This document shows positions 12,900 to 25,100 of a DNA stretch of 64,000 nt, piece after piece. The notes under the pieces were generated by a model. That model saw only the letters and a program-made list of their open reading frames with translations, did no database searches and had not been told where the DNA came from. Location of the stretch: assembly GCF_009834535.1 (NCBI RefSeq), contig NC_045712.1:25358001-25422000 (forward strand), read 5' to 3'. Source of the DNA: Camelus ferus (taxonomy: Eukaryota). Position 1 is the stretch's first letter; each line of letters begins with the position of its first letter. The position numbers were made by a program, and so were the translations under genes.

Positions 12900-14025
12900 G
12901 TGGGCAGACTGGTGGGGGGGGCGGGGGATGGGCAAGAGGGTGGGAGAGTGGATGAGGGGCTTCTCACTGTACATAGAGTCACTGGCATGATGCCCTCACT
13001 CCCCCCGCCCCTGCCTCCTAGCATGGGGCATGTCTGGGGGCCACAGGAGAGCAGTCTCATCTCCTGTGGGTATGTGCATTGAGTGGTGGGCAGGCCAGAA
13101 GCAGGACCAGCCCCAGCCCCTGCATGGATTCCTTGTGGCTTTTCTGTCTTTTGCTAGCTTTATCAGTTTCTGTTCCTTGTGGGATGCTGCTCTAGGGATA
13201 CTCAGGAGGTCCCTGCTCCCCTCCCTCTTCCCTTTTTGCCTCACAATTCCCCTTGGCCGGCCCTGCAAGTCCCATCCTCTCCCAGGCCCTAAACTTGGGT
13301 GGCCTTGCCCTGAGAGCTGGTCCTCCAGCGAGGCCCTGTCAGCGGTCTTAGGCTCTTGCACATGAAGGTATGTGCCTGTGGTATGTGTGCTGCTCTAGGA
13401 GTGGAAACAGGCTGGTACAGAGAATGCAATCATCTAGGGCAGTAGGCTTTTAGACAAGACTAGTCGCATGACTGGGGGCACTGCTTGGTAGCCGTGGGGG
13501 TCTTCAGAAATGAAAGAGAGTTAGAGGGTAGAAGCTTCCATTTTTGTCTCTGGGAAGTCTCTCCCAAGACCCTAGTGCTGTTTCCTGCCCTCCTGGGTCC
13601 TGTAGTGGGTTGCCCTGTGCCCTGAGCTTCATGAGCCTGTAAGAGGGAGGAGGAGCAATTAGGATGTGGCAATGAGACCTGGGAGGGCAGAGTAGGCCCA
13701 GCACCTAGTATACCAGTCTAGCTGGGTCCTTACCATGGGCCAAAGAAGGAAGGTTAACATCTCCTGGCTCTTCCCAGATGGCCCCCCTCAGGCTCAGTCC
13801 ACCATTCTCTCCATCCTGGGGGGCCTGCTGCATGGCAGTGTCCTGCAGTCTTATTTAGGGGTCTGCCCTTCACAGGGGCAGACTTTCTGCTCTCCCAATT
13901 CAACAACAAAATAGAGAGGAACACTCTCTATGTCTATGACCCACTTCCCCTTCTATCAAGGCTGGGAGAGAGGCCCAGGTGCCTCTGAACCATGCTGAGT
14001 TGCGTTTGCTGGGATGAGGGAGTAG

Positions 14026-14228
14026 AATAAAGCTCCCCAGTTTCATGATGGAGGTTCCTGGCAGGTGCCCTTTGTCAGACCCCACTACAGCCTGGACGGG
14101 CAGCCATACTGGTCCCAGCCCTCGCTTGGCACTCGGGGGTAGTCCTGCCCTTCTCCCTGCATGCCTGTGGGTCTGCTCTGGTGTATGAAGGTTGGTGGGC
14201 TGTGTGCCTGCTGAACCTGGCAAATAAA
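14026..14228 (+). terminator. CAMKV: CAMKV poly(A) signals: AATAAA at 14026-14031 and 14223-14228
   Basis: Two canonical hexamers about 1.1 and 1.3 kb after the stop. The distal one is probably the main site. Confidence 0.7.
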
Positions 14229-15289
14229 TGTCACTCTGCCAAAGCCTCTGGCCACCCTCTTGCCTTTGCTTCCTATATATTACTGGGGAAGGGCCCCTGG
14301 AAGGCAGTGGGGAGGGGAGAAGCCGGGAGTAGGTCCACAGGTAGTGGTCTGTGCTCAATGCCATGTGGACTGCTTGGGCTGAGAGAACAGATCATCCTCA
14401 CCACAGTATATTCCTTGATGGTGGAGGGGTGATCCTCTGGACTCTAGAAATCCATGTGGGTGGTGGGTCCTGTGCTGGGCTTATGCCAAGGAATAACCTC
14501 TGGGCTGCTGTTCTGACAAGTCCTATTGAACAAGGAGCCCTTGTCTTGACTTAGGCATAGACCTAGAACCCACCAAGGGCCATAGGGAGAAACGTTGCCC
14601 GTGGCCAAAGTGGGCTTCCCTGGATTGCCGAGTGGGTGCAGGGTGGGCATCACACAAAGATTCTATTCTGCCCTTTGTGTTGATTCCTCCTTTCTATGAA
14701 CAAAACCTTTGCGTTCTGCATAGGCCCCAAGGACTTCATGCTGGGTCTGCTTCAGGTGGAATAGATCAGCCTTATATTATGGGGCTTTACCTAATGTTTC
14801 TTCTGAGGAGAGGGGAGTAACACTGCTAAAATTAGTTAAGCACGAAAACTCCTAGGAAGGCTTATTCCAGCCCTGATCAGCCCAGGTGAACTCTCCAGGG
14901 ATGCTGCTCTTTGTCAGAGAAGACCCCCACAAAGATAACTTCTCTGATGTGGGAATAAAAAAGGTTTGTTAGTCACTTGTCTGTGAAGCATCTGAGCCTC
15001 CAAAATTCCAACCCTACTGCAGTCCTGAGGCAAAACTGATCTTCCTGAGAGCTAGGAGCTAAAGTCAGGATATTGACCCTGCCACCTCAAACTTAGGGAT
15101 CATAAAGCCTTGCTTGTACAGAGCCAGGGTGAGCTTGGGGTGTCCTAAGGATTAGAACCTGTGTCCATCATTCTAGGACCACTTAGAGCCGAGGTCTGAG
15201 AGGGTGGAGCATTCTTTTGGCCTGGAAGCTATGGACTTCCACCATATGGTCGAACACTGCCCAAAGCCCAGGGGACTCACTCTCCATCG

Positions 15290-16110
15290 AGAACATCGTC
15301 CCATTCCCTTATGGTCCCGGTCTTCTCGACTCTCCCGAAGTGCAGAGAAGGCGGCACTGAGAGAACAGGGGCTGAAGAGCCGGTGCCTAGTATGCCGCGC
15401 ACCAGCTCTGGCTCGGGACCATAACGCCCCGTCTTACCCCAGAAAGGGGCCTGGCCGGCGGAGTAGCTACTCCCGGTGCTCCGCCAACGCTGCACTCTTG
15501 CGGTACTGGCCGTGTTTCCGAGAGCCTAGGGAGAGATACCGCTGACAGTTTCAGGCCTGCGCTCCGCCCCAGGATTCTTCACAGGCCGCGGAGCCGTTAA
15601 GCCCCGCCCCTGAGGGTTCGTCCAATCCGGATCCAACCTTCAGTCGGCGCCTTCAAGTTCCGTGTGGCCACTTCCGATCCGTTCCGGAAGTCGCTCAGTG
15701 GAGCCAAATTTGAAGCAAACGGAGACGTCTAGGCGCAGCCACGAAGCTGGACCGGTCGCGGCTTCCTTGGATACCTGCGCCTGTTGAGACCAGTCATCAT
15801 GCCCATTCGTGCGCTGTGCACCATCTGCTCCGACTTCTTCGACCACTCCCGTGACGTGGCCGCCATCCACTGCGGCCATACCTTCCACTTACAGTGGTGA
15901 GTGACCGCTGTTTGGGGACTGGGCACTCGCTCTGGTACCTCTACAGGACTGTGGGGTCCGGGCGACCGGTCCGCGGAGCCCAGACTGGTGATGAGGACGT
16001 CCTTAGACGGTACCCCACGAGAGGTTCCCAACCTGGGCAGGAGCGGATCATGGCAGGCTTCCCGGAGGAGGTGATACCTGAGCTGAGGCCGGCAAGGGTC
16101 GGGGTTGGTT
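15290..16110 (+). promoter_or_regulatory. TRAIP: TRAIP CpG-island promoter: GC box, CCAAT 15622-15626, ETS/GABP sites 15669-15676 and 15684-15691, CHR TTTGAA 15709-15714
   Basis: Motifs read directly, all within 200 bp upstream of the ATG at 15799. Confidence 0.8.
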
Positions 16111-19100
16111 TAATGAAGACAGAGTAGGGATTTCCTTGATAGACTTGCAAAAAGACGTGATTTCAAAATCAGTAACCCGGGGGGAGATGAACTTTTGCCA
16201 CATTAGCGAGCCCGTTTGTTTCTTTGAGACCTGTTACACTTATGGCTACCCGATTTGTTGTGGTTTGCTTGACGTTTTGGAATGATTCTGTCCAGAGTCA
16301 TTTCGTTGTTTAAACACCCCGGTGTATTCACAGACCCTAGTAGACTCAAGTTAATATCGGAGAGCAAGGAGGTCCTCGCTAATCAAGCGTTTCTGTAGAC
16401 CCGTAGGACCATACTGTCGAGTGTACAGCGGGTGGGGAGGTTCCCCTAGCAGCTGTGGACAGGCTGATTCGGAGCTCCTTTTTCAATTGTGATGAAATAT
16501 GCGTAAAAAAATTTACCATTTTAACCATTTCTTTTTCTATTTTTACTATACACCATTTTATTGTAGTAAAAATATATAATATTTACCATTTTAACTTTTC
16601 ACTTTTACAAAACTTTATTTAACAAAAAAGTTCGTTATGAAAATGTACAGGACCTGATTTTTGTATCATAGTAAAACAAGCCCTTTGAAAAGGGGACAAG
16701 TGGAAGCAGTTGATTTCTCTGGTGAACACAGCCATTTTTTATACTTCTTCCAAGGCTTCTAACATGATGATATTATTTCCTCATATTACCACCCTTTTAG
16801 TATTGTTCTGTTGCCCACTAGTTGCTGTCTCCACACATTCATCTATCACAGGATACATAAAGAGATCAAATTCTTGCTATATCCCTTGGTCATGTCTGCC
16901 TCCATTTAATTTCAATGAAAACATCTTCATACAATTTTTTAATTCAGGAGGGTGTTTGCTCAGTGAGCTCAAAGACGCCTTCCATTTTAGCTGTTTTTAA
17001 GTGTACAGTTCAGTGGCATTAAGTACATTCACAATGTTGTATAACCATCACCACTATCTATTTCCAAAACTTTTCCATCGTTCCAAACAGAGCACTGTAC
17101 CCTTTAAACAGTAACTTTCCATTCTTCCCTCCCCACAGCCCCTGGAAACTTCTATTTTACTTTCTGTCTCTCCTTGAATTTTCCTATGCTAGGTAACTCA
17201 CATAAGTGGAATTGCACAATATTTGCTCTTTTGGGTCTGGCTTATTTCACTAAGCATAATGTTTTTATTCATATTGTAGCACGTTTCAGAATTTCCTGCC
17301 TTTTTATGACTAAGTAATATTCATTGTATGGAAATACCATATTTTGTTTATCCCTTCATCTGTTAATGGACCTTGGGTTGTTTCCATGCTTTGGCTGCTG
17401 TGAGTAATGTTACTATGAACATTGGTGTATAAGTATCTGTTCCTGTTTTCCTTTCTTTTGGGTTATACCCAGAGGTGGAATAACTGGATCATATGGTAAT
17501 TCTATGTTTAATTTTTAAGAAGCTGTCTTACTGTTTTCCACATCAGCTGCACTATTTTACATTCCCACCTGCGATGCACAAGGGTTCCAGTTTTTCCACA
17601 TCCTTGCCAACACTTGTTATTTTCTATTCTTTTTTTTAACAACAGCCATCCTAATGGGTATCTTCTGTTTTACTGCATGTGTTTAAAGCTATCAGGTTCC
17701 CTCTGAGTACTGGTTTTGCTGTATTCCACAGTTTGTTGTTTGGTATGATGTTTTCATTTNNNNNNNNNNNNNNNNNNNNNNNNNNNNNNNNNNNNNNNNN
17801 NNNNNNNNNNNNNNNNNNNNNNNNNNNNNNNNNNNNNNNNNNNNNNNNNNNNNNNNNNNNNNNNNNNNNNNNNNNNNNNNNNNNNNNNNNNNNNNNNNNN
17901 NNNNNNNNNNNNNNNNNNNNNNNNNNNNNNNNNNNNNNNNNNNNNNNNNNNNNNNNNNNNNNNNNNNNNNNNNNNATGTTCCACAAGCACTTGAGAAAAA
18001 TGTGTGTTCTGCTGTTGTTGGAGGGAGCATATGTCTGTTAAGTCTAGTTGGTTTAAAGTGTTGTTCAAGTCCTCTATTTCCTTATTGATCATCTGTCTGA
18101 TCGTTCTATCCATTGTTAAAATTGTGGGGTATTGACATCTCCATCTTTTATTGTAGAGCTGTTTCTCCCTTCAGTTCTGTACAGTTTTCTTTCATATATA
18201 TTTTGTTAGGTGCATATATGTTTGCAATTGTTACTTCTTGTTAGAGTAGAACTTTTATCAATATGTAAAGTCCTTCTTTGTCTTTTGTAACCTTTTTTGA
18301 CTTAAAGTCTATTTTGTCTGACAACAGTGTCTCTTGTACATTTTCCATCTTTCTATTTCTTAGTATTTCCTCTGACCTATCTTTCAGTGTACTAATTCTT
18401 CAGTCCTGTGTCTAAACTTCTATTAAACTCATCCATTGAATTCTTAATTTTGGCCTTTTTTTCAGTTTTAGAATTTCTGTTGGGTTCTTATTAAACTCTG
18501 TTATGTCACCTTTTATTATCTAATTCTCTACTGATATTTTCAATCTTAATTTTTATTTATTCAGTATAATGTGTTTATTATGCTCTGTGTCTGACAGTTC
18601 CAATGTCTGAATCCTATGTGGATATGTTCTGATTTGCACTTGTAGTACTTTTCTCCCTGTGTAACTGTTTGCTTTTTTAAAAAACCAAAACATTTTATTG
18701 GAATATGATATATTACATAATAGTACACAAATAATAAGTGTATGGCTTGCAGAATTTTCACAAACTGAACATACTCATGCAACCAGAATTCAGATCAAGA
18801 AACTAGATATTAGCACTTCAGAAACCTCTTAGTGAGAGACTGGGACCTGGGACACTACCAGAGTGTTTATACTTGCACCTGGATAAACATCTTCCTGGAG
18901 CAACAGAATACAAAGAAGTTATAAGGGACTAAAAATAACTGCACACATGTGCAGTTGGGGCAAATTATGAACAATAAAATATAAAACGGCTCAACTGACA
19001 CTTCTGAGATGTTGAGAGCAAAATCAAGGTACTAGGCATGATCCCTGCACCCAGCACCACCAAGGGAGTGGGCAGACCCCCTAAGCCACCCCTCCAGTCC

Positions 19101-22100
19101 AGTGCACCCATCCACCCTTACCCTCACCCCATTTAAGTGCGCCTGTTGCTTGTTTTTGCTTCCTGTGCTGCAGCTCGAGTCCCAGTAAGGTCTTGCCTGA
19201 ATTTCTCATCCAGCCTCTTACCAATTTCTATTGATTAAAGAGTTCAGGAACCCAGGTCAGTAACACTCATGCCCTCTTCCAGTTACACCCACCCCCCAGC
19301 CCACCTTTCCTCCACACATAAGAATAACTACTGTTTTGACTTCCAGCAACATAGATGAGTCTTGCCTACTTTACTTTATGTAAGTGGAGTTATGCACAAT
19401 ATAGCTTTTTTTGTATCTGGCTTCTCCTCCTCTATGTTATATTTATGTAATTCATCCATAATTTTGTTCTTAGTTGTAGACTTGTTTGTCTCATTGCTGT
19501 GTGATATTCCATTATTCATGGTTAACTCTGATTATATGTTGTATATAGTATTCGAAAAATTATTTATTAAAAAATTGAGGCCTAAGATGATGGTATCATC
19601 TTCCTGAAAGGACTGTTCCTCCTTGGTCCTAGGGTAGGAGAATCTCCTAGTGGGAGACTAATTAAAGTTTAAGGCACATAGATGGTGCATAGCTGAGCTG
19701 TGTTTTGCTTTTACTGCTACTTGCTTTTACCTCTAGTTTACCCTTACCTTGAAAGTATAGCCCTTTGGAATCCCAGCTTAAACGAGGATATGATTATAAT
19801 CCCCATCTCTAAGTGACCCTGGCTTTGAATGTTGTCCCCCCACCCCCAAGTCAAAGCCTAGAAGGTTGACAGAATTGCAGCTCAGAGGTAGGGAAGGCCA
19901 AGCCAACAGGGCCAAAAGAAGGGCCAGCTGGTTGGAGTGTTTCTACCAGCCAGGCTCGTGGGATGTACTATCACTGCCTGTGGTGCTGCCCTCCTTGTGG
20001 GCAGGCATTGGGTGGAGGAGGAATAGGACAGATGCCATTATGGTGAGGGTGGCTACCTGGTCTTTGCGTCTCCCCCCAAGCCAGGGCTCACCAGTCCGTT
20101 TTTCTGCTTCTCATTCCAGCCTAATTCAGTGGTTCGAGACAGCACCAAGTCGGACCTGCCCACAGTGCCGAATCCAGGTGAGGGTGGTGGGGTGAAAAAA
20201 ACCTCAGCTAACGACATCTCCTTGCCAGGGAGCAGGAAAGAGGAAAGATCTCTCAAGCTAAGGAGTATCTTTGACCTATTTGGACCCTCATGGTTTGAGG
20301 CTGATTGAGCCTTACTTGTGCTTTCGACTGGCTTGGGAGGCCTGCCTATGCACAGGGGTAGCTGACAGATGGACTTGTTGCCTGGGCCAGTCTTCATCTG
20401 AGTAGATTTGGCCTCCTTCCCTGCCTTTCCCCATTTTCTCAAGGCCTAACACCTACAGTTGGGGTATCTTTTGAGCAGTTACCACATGGGTGGTCTGCAG
20501 TGACATGACTTCAGTAACCACCAAGCTAGTGGCACCAGCTTGGGATATCTACAGGGTTGCAGAGATTGTCTGACTCCACGGGATGTGCTATGAAAGGTTA
20601 GGCCTGAGAACAGGTTTAGGTGCATGTTAGGCTACATGTGCATCCCTGTCCTCCTTGCCCATGACCCAGCTGTGCAGTCATGCTGTATCTTGTTCTCCCA
20701 TCCAGGTCGGCAAAAGAACCATTATCAATAAGCTCTTCTTTGACCTTGCCCAAGAGGAGGAGAGTGTCTTAGATGCAGAATTCTTAAAGGTATCCAGAAT
20801 TTATCTCATCCTATTGAACCCCAAGCCCTCTGAGAGTTCAGTTTCTGCTCCTACCCAGGGAGGGTAGCTGGAATATGGAGATGGAGATCTAGAGGGGAGA
20901 CTTGGTAGAGATTTCAAGGCAGAGGCAATGAGAGCAGAGGGCAACTGACGGTGATACAGTCATTGGAGAAATAGGCTGTAGGAAGGAAGGGAGCTACTTG
21001 GTTGTGAGCACTTCCCTGGGGATTTCAGAGCAACTCTGACCACAGGTCAGATCTACAGCTATCCTTCCCAGCCCACTTTGCTGCTTGGACAGTTAGAGAC
21101 AGATTAGAAAACTGCTTCCAGTCCTCAGCCAGAGAAGATGTGTAGACCCACTTCACAAACCTGCCTGTGCCTCAAAACTGCCTGGGGAGCTTGGTATATA
21201 CCCAGGGTCCTGAGTCTTTCCAGACCAAGAATGGAGGGCAGAGCCCCTGGAATCAAGATGTGCAGCCAGGATAGAAACCCACACTGCAGGGGAGGATGGG
21301 TGGATTCCCTCCTACACTTCTGCTGCTTCCCCTCCAAGTCTAAGATTTAGCTTTCTTTGTGCACAAAGGGGTTGTATTGGCAGAAACCTCTCAAGGAAGT
21401 GGGATTGAGGTTTGCAAGTGAACCTGGACTCTGAGGGTTAATTTGCTGGGAATTTGCTGGGCATCTGTCAGATCAGGATTCATTTGGCCCCAGCCCCAGG
21501 GTGCCGTGATGTCCTTGGAACCTCACTGCTTCAAGAATGTGGAGCTTTTGTGCTTAAAGCCAACATGTTCATCGTCATGGTAACTGCTCCCAGTTTTAAG
21601 CTGTGTCCTCCCTGTGATAAAGGCAACAAAAGCAGCTTCATTTCTTTCCGGCTTTCAAAGCCAGATCTAGGAGACAGGGAGGCAAAATCTTAAGTAGTTT
21701 GGAGCAAGAGCTTGGAAGGCACCCTGCTTGGATGTGGAAGGAGCCAGAGAGCTAGCAGTAGCTTTGGGCTGACAGCCACTCTCAGGCAGCCCATGCATGC
21801 CCTTATCTATCCACCACTTCCACCCCAGATGTCCAGCCTACGCTGACCAGCTCAGCCACCAAAAGCTCCTGCCCCAGAGTCCTGGGTGGAGAGTTTGACA
21901 GCAGGAACTTATCTGCCCACTGGGCTGGGCCTTATTATTGGTCACATGTGATATTCTGTATCTTGTGTTGACCTAGGAAGGGTGATCTGGAGGAGGATTT
22001 GTCTGGATTGCATCCAGCTACCACCCTGGACCCTTGGCCAAACCTTTCGGGTCTGCCAAGTCTGGTTTTCCTGCTTATGGAGTAGACACCTCTCTTGCCC

Positions 22101-25100
22101 ACAGGGATGTTGAGTGCATGGGACTCCTGGATGGGAGCTCAGCTCAGTTCTGCTCCAGCCTCTCAGTGGTTCTGCGGCAGTGGATTTGGAACATGCATGA
22201 ACTTTGAGAGGTTCATTTAACCCTCACAGTCTGGTTTGAGCCTAGCACATGTGACATTTCACTCAGCAGGGCAGAGTTGTCCTGGCTCACCTACCGTAAT
22301 GGGCCTGGAAGATTCATGGTACACAGAGCCAGCTTAGAGCTTGGAGATGGTTAGAACATGAAGCAGGCAGAACCCAGGGTGGAGGCAAGGAGTGGTTGGC
22401 CATCCCAACTCTGTGTCCCCAGTGAGAGCAGCTAATGCCAGAGAGGGTGAGGGCCAGCACAGGCCCAGGGAACCAATGGAAGCCTCTGCCATGAGACTGA
22501 CCACACAGGTCCAGCTCCACTTACTTTGCCCTGTTGTGCCTCTTTTCCTGTCCTGGGGTCTTGTACCTGAGATTATTTCCATTCATCTTATCTACTTTTT
22601 AAAAAGGCACAAAGAGATAAAGCAAGGCTTCTCTCTCCATTGTTGACTTAGCTTGTCCTTGAGACGCAGCAGGGTCCTTGAGATGCTTCTCTGGATCTAC
22701 AGGCCTCATTGTCACCTCCCGGGTCTCCCCACAAGCCTTATGGGAGGCCAAGTGGAAGCCAGCTCCGTTGCTTTTTTGCTGCTTATTGTGGATCTTGCTT
22801 TGCAGAATGAACTGGATAATACTAGAGCCCTGCTTTCCCAGAAAGGTGAGTTCCTAAGGGGCCCTGGGAAGCCCCTGACTTGGGTGCTGGAGGGAGAGGC
22901 CCTGGGAGGAAGGCCTCCCTCCTTCTGGCAGAGCCAGGGGTTCTCCCTGCTTTGTCTGTCCAAGAGTCTTATCAGCTCTTGTGATTGGCAGAAAAGGAGA
23001 GGAAAGGGAGGTGACTAAAGCTGTCCACCTGGACCAGATGAGCCTCTTCTCTTTGTCTGAGACTTCTTGCCTAGGACCCAGGCTAGGAGGGGCTACCTGA
23101 TAGGACAGAGTATTTGTAAAAGAGGGTTCAGCTGCCAGGTTTGGCAGGAATCTGCTTGAGTTCTGGGATGAGGAATTAACTAAAGCCACAGGAACAGGGA
23201 TTAGTGAAGTCTTTACTCAGGTAGTTTCAAGCAGCACAAAGAGGGTCTCATCCTGGGAATGAAGAAACTCTGGCTGGGATTCCCTGGTTTGGTGCCTGCC
23301 AGCAAGAGAAGTGGGCCATCCAACCTTTTGCTCTGAGACTTGTTCCTCATGGGCTCTGGGGTGGGTGCTGGAGCCCAAGGGTCCAGGTTCTCATATGGAT
23401 GGGTGAAGGGGCTTCTTCTCTCCCTCCATCTTCACCCCTGCTCCAGAGAAGGAAAAACGAGACAGCCAGGTCATCATTGACACTCTGCGGGACACGCTGG
23501 AAGAGCGCAATGCCACTGTGGAGTCCCTGCAGAAGGCCTTAGACAAGGCCGAGATGCTGTGCTCCACCCTCAAGGTGGGTCCCCAGGTCTTGGGGGCGAA
23601 GATTGGTGGGGAGGTATAGTCTGAAGTCCTGGGCTCATTACTCTACTGGACGTATCATTTGGTTCTTGGTTAATACCTTGGTGTGTTCAGTTGTAAAATG
23701 GAGGCAAATCCCATCTTCCCAGGCCTCCCATACTGTGCCCATCCAGCCCGTAAGAAAAGTGTCATATTGGCTATGCTTACGGATTTTGTACTTGGTAGTC
23801 TGGGGAGGCAAGGCCTTCCCAGTCCTTAGAGGGGCTGCTCAGCCAAGACCTCAGTGAGGCTGAACCGTGTTTCCAAAAGTGGTTTGTACTCCACTGACAA
23901 AGCCAGCCTGAAGAACCTTCCGTTATCACACTAGTCTGGCTGGGCTGCTCTCTGGAGCCAGATCAAACAGCATCCCAGGGAGGAGCAGGGGGCCTTTGAA
24001 GTTGGCTTTGCTGAGCTGACCGGACAGATCAAAGCCTGCAGAGCAAGCGGCTCTAGACCCAGATGAATTTCATATCAGCCTGGGTTGGTGAGCCTCTTGC
24101 TCTCCAAGGGGCATGAGGTGATTGATCTGAATTCATGATTGATATTCTGGCCTCGTAGGAAGGAGCAGTCTTGCTGGATGCCATTTGAAAGGGAAAGGGA
24201 ACCATCCGTGTGATCAGACAGGGCCCCAGGGTGCTCATTGTTTCTATTCCTGCTTGGTGGCTGGGCTGGATCACGTGTCCTGGCCGGTGGGAGGGAAGGA
24301 GTGAACTAGCTCCTGGCTGCAGAGCAGGAGTCTGATGGCATTCCTGGGTCAGAGATGGAGTGGCCAGGTGCTGAGGGCAGCCTAGCCAGCTGCCTCAGGC
24401 TCAGCTTTCCTATCTTGGCAACCATCCATGAGTCTAGATGGATAGTGCAGCCCGGATTTGTGCTTCAGGCTTCTTCAGCTTCCTGCACAGCATGTACCAT
24501 GAGGCGTGGGCCACATGATCCTGGCAACCCCCAGCAGGCCTGTTGATGCTGGCAGTGGGCTATGCCTATGGTAAGACCTGTCTCAGGAGGAAGCAAGCAG
24601 AGAGGTGAGGAAGCAGTTGGCTTGGGGCCTCTTAGAAGAAAAAGCACAATCCAGAGTCGGGCCCAGGAGCCTTACCTCTGGGGTGTTGAAACACATGCTT
24701 ATCAGCACTTTCAAAAGCAGACAGTTCTTGGTAGATTCTCGCAGTGACTTTAGCCGTGGCCCCTGGGAGCCTCCAAGCAACAGATATGTAGAGGTGCCTT
24801 TGCCCTTCAGAAGCAGATGAAGTACTTGGAGCAACAGCAGGATGAGACCAAACAAGCACGGGAGGAGGCCCGCCGACTCCGGAGCAAGATGAAGACTATG
24901 GAGCGGTGAGCTTGGAGCTGGGGCCCACCTATACCTTTGTGCCTCCAGCCCGCAGGGGCACAGCTCTCAGGAGCAGCAGGGGTTGGCCTGTCTCTGTGGC
25001 TCAAGTCTCCACAGGCCGTGGGAAGCGCAGGCCGGCTGGGTATGGGCACAGGTCTCCTTGCTCAGCCTCTGTGGGCTTCTCTACTTTCTGTGGGGCCTCT

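Larger units (their letters stand above)
16480..19600 (-). mobile_element. Antisense LINE-1 fragments in TRAIP intron 1, interrupted by the SNRPG retrocopy and a solo LTR
   Basis: Typical L1M 3'-end text (aagtgtacagttcagtggcattaagtacattcacaatgttgt) and degraded ORF2. N-run at 17760-17975. Confidence 0.85.

Noticed and set aside
12332-13060. 242-aa antisense ORF over the CAMKV last exon; also 57762-58667(+) over INKA1
   Set aside because: Shadow frames of GC-rich coding exons, and the first is lengthened by N-masking.
20790-22805. Second possible U12 intron in TRAIP (donor GTATCCAG)
   Set aside because: It lacks the +7/+8 TT and has no TTCCTTRAC branch site near the acceptor, so it is treated as U2-type.
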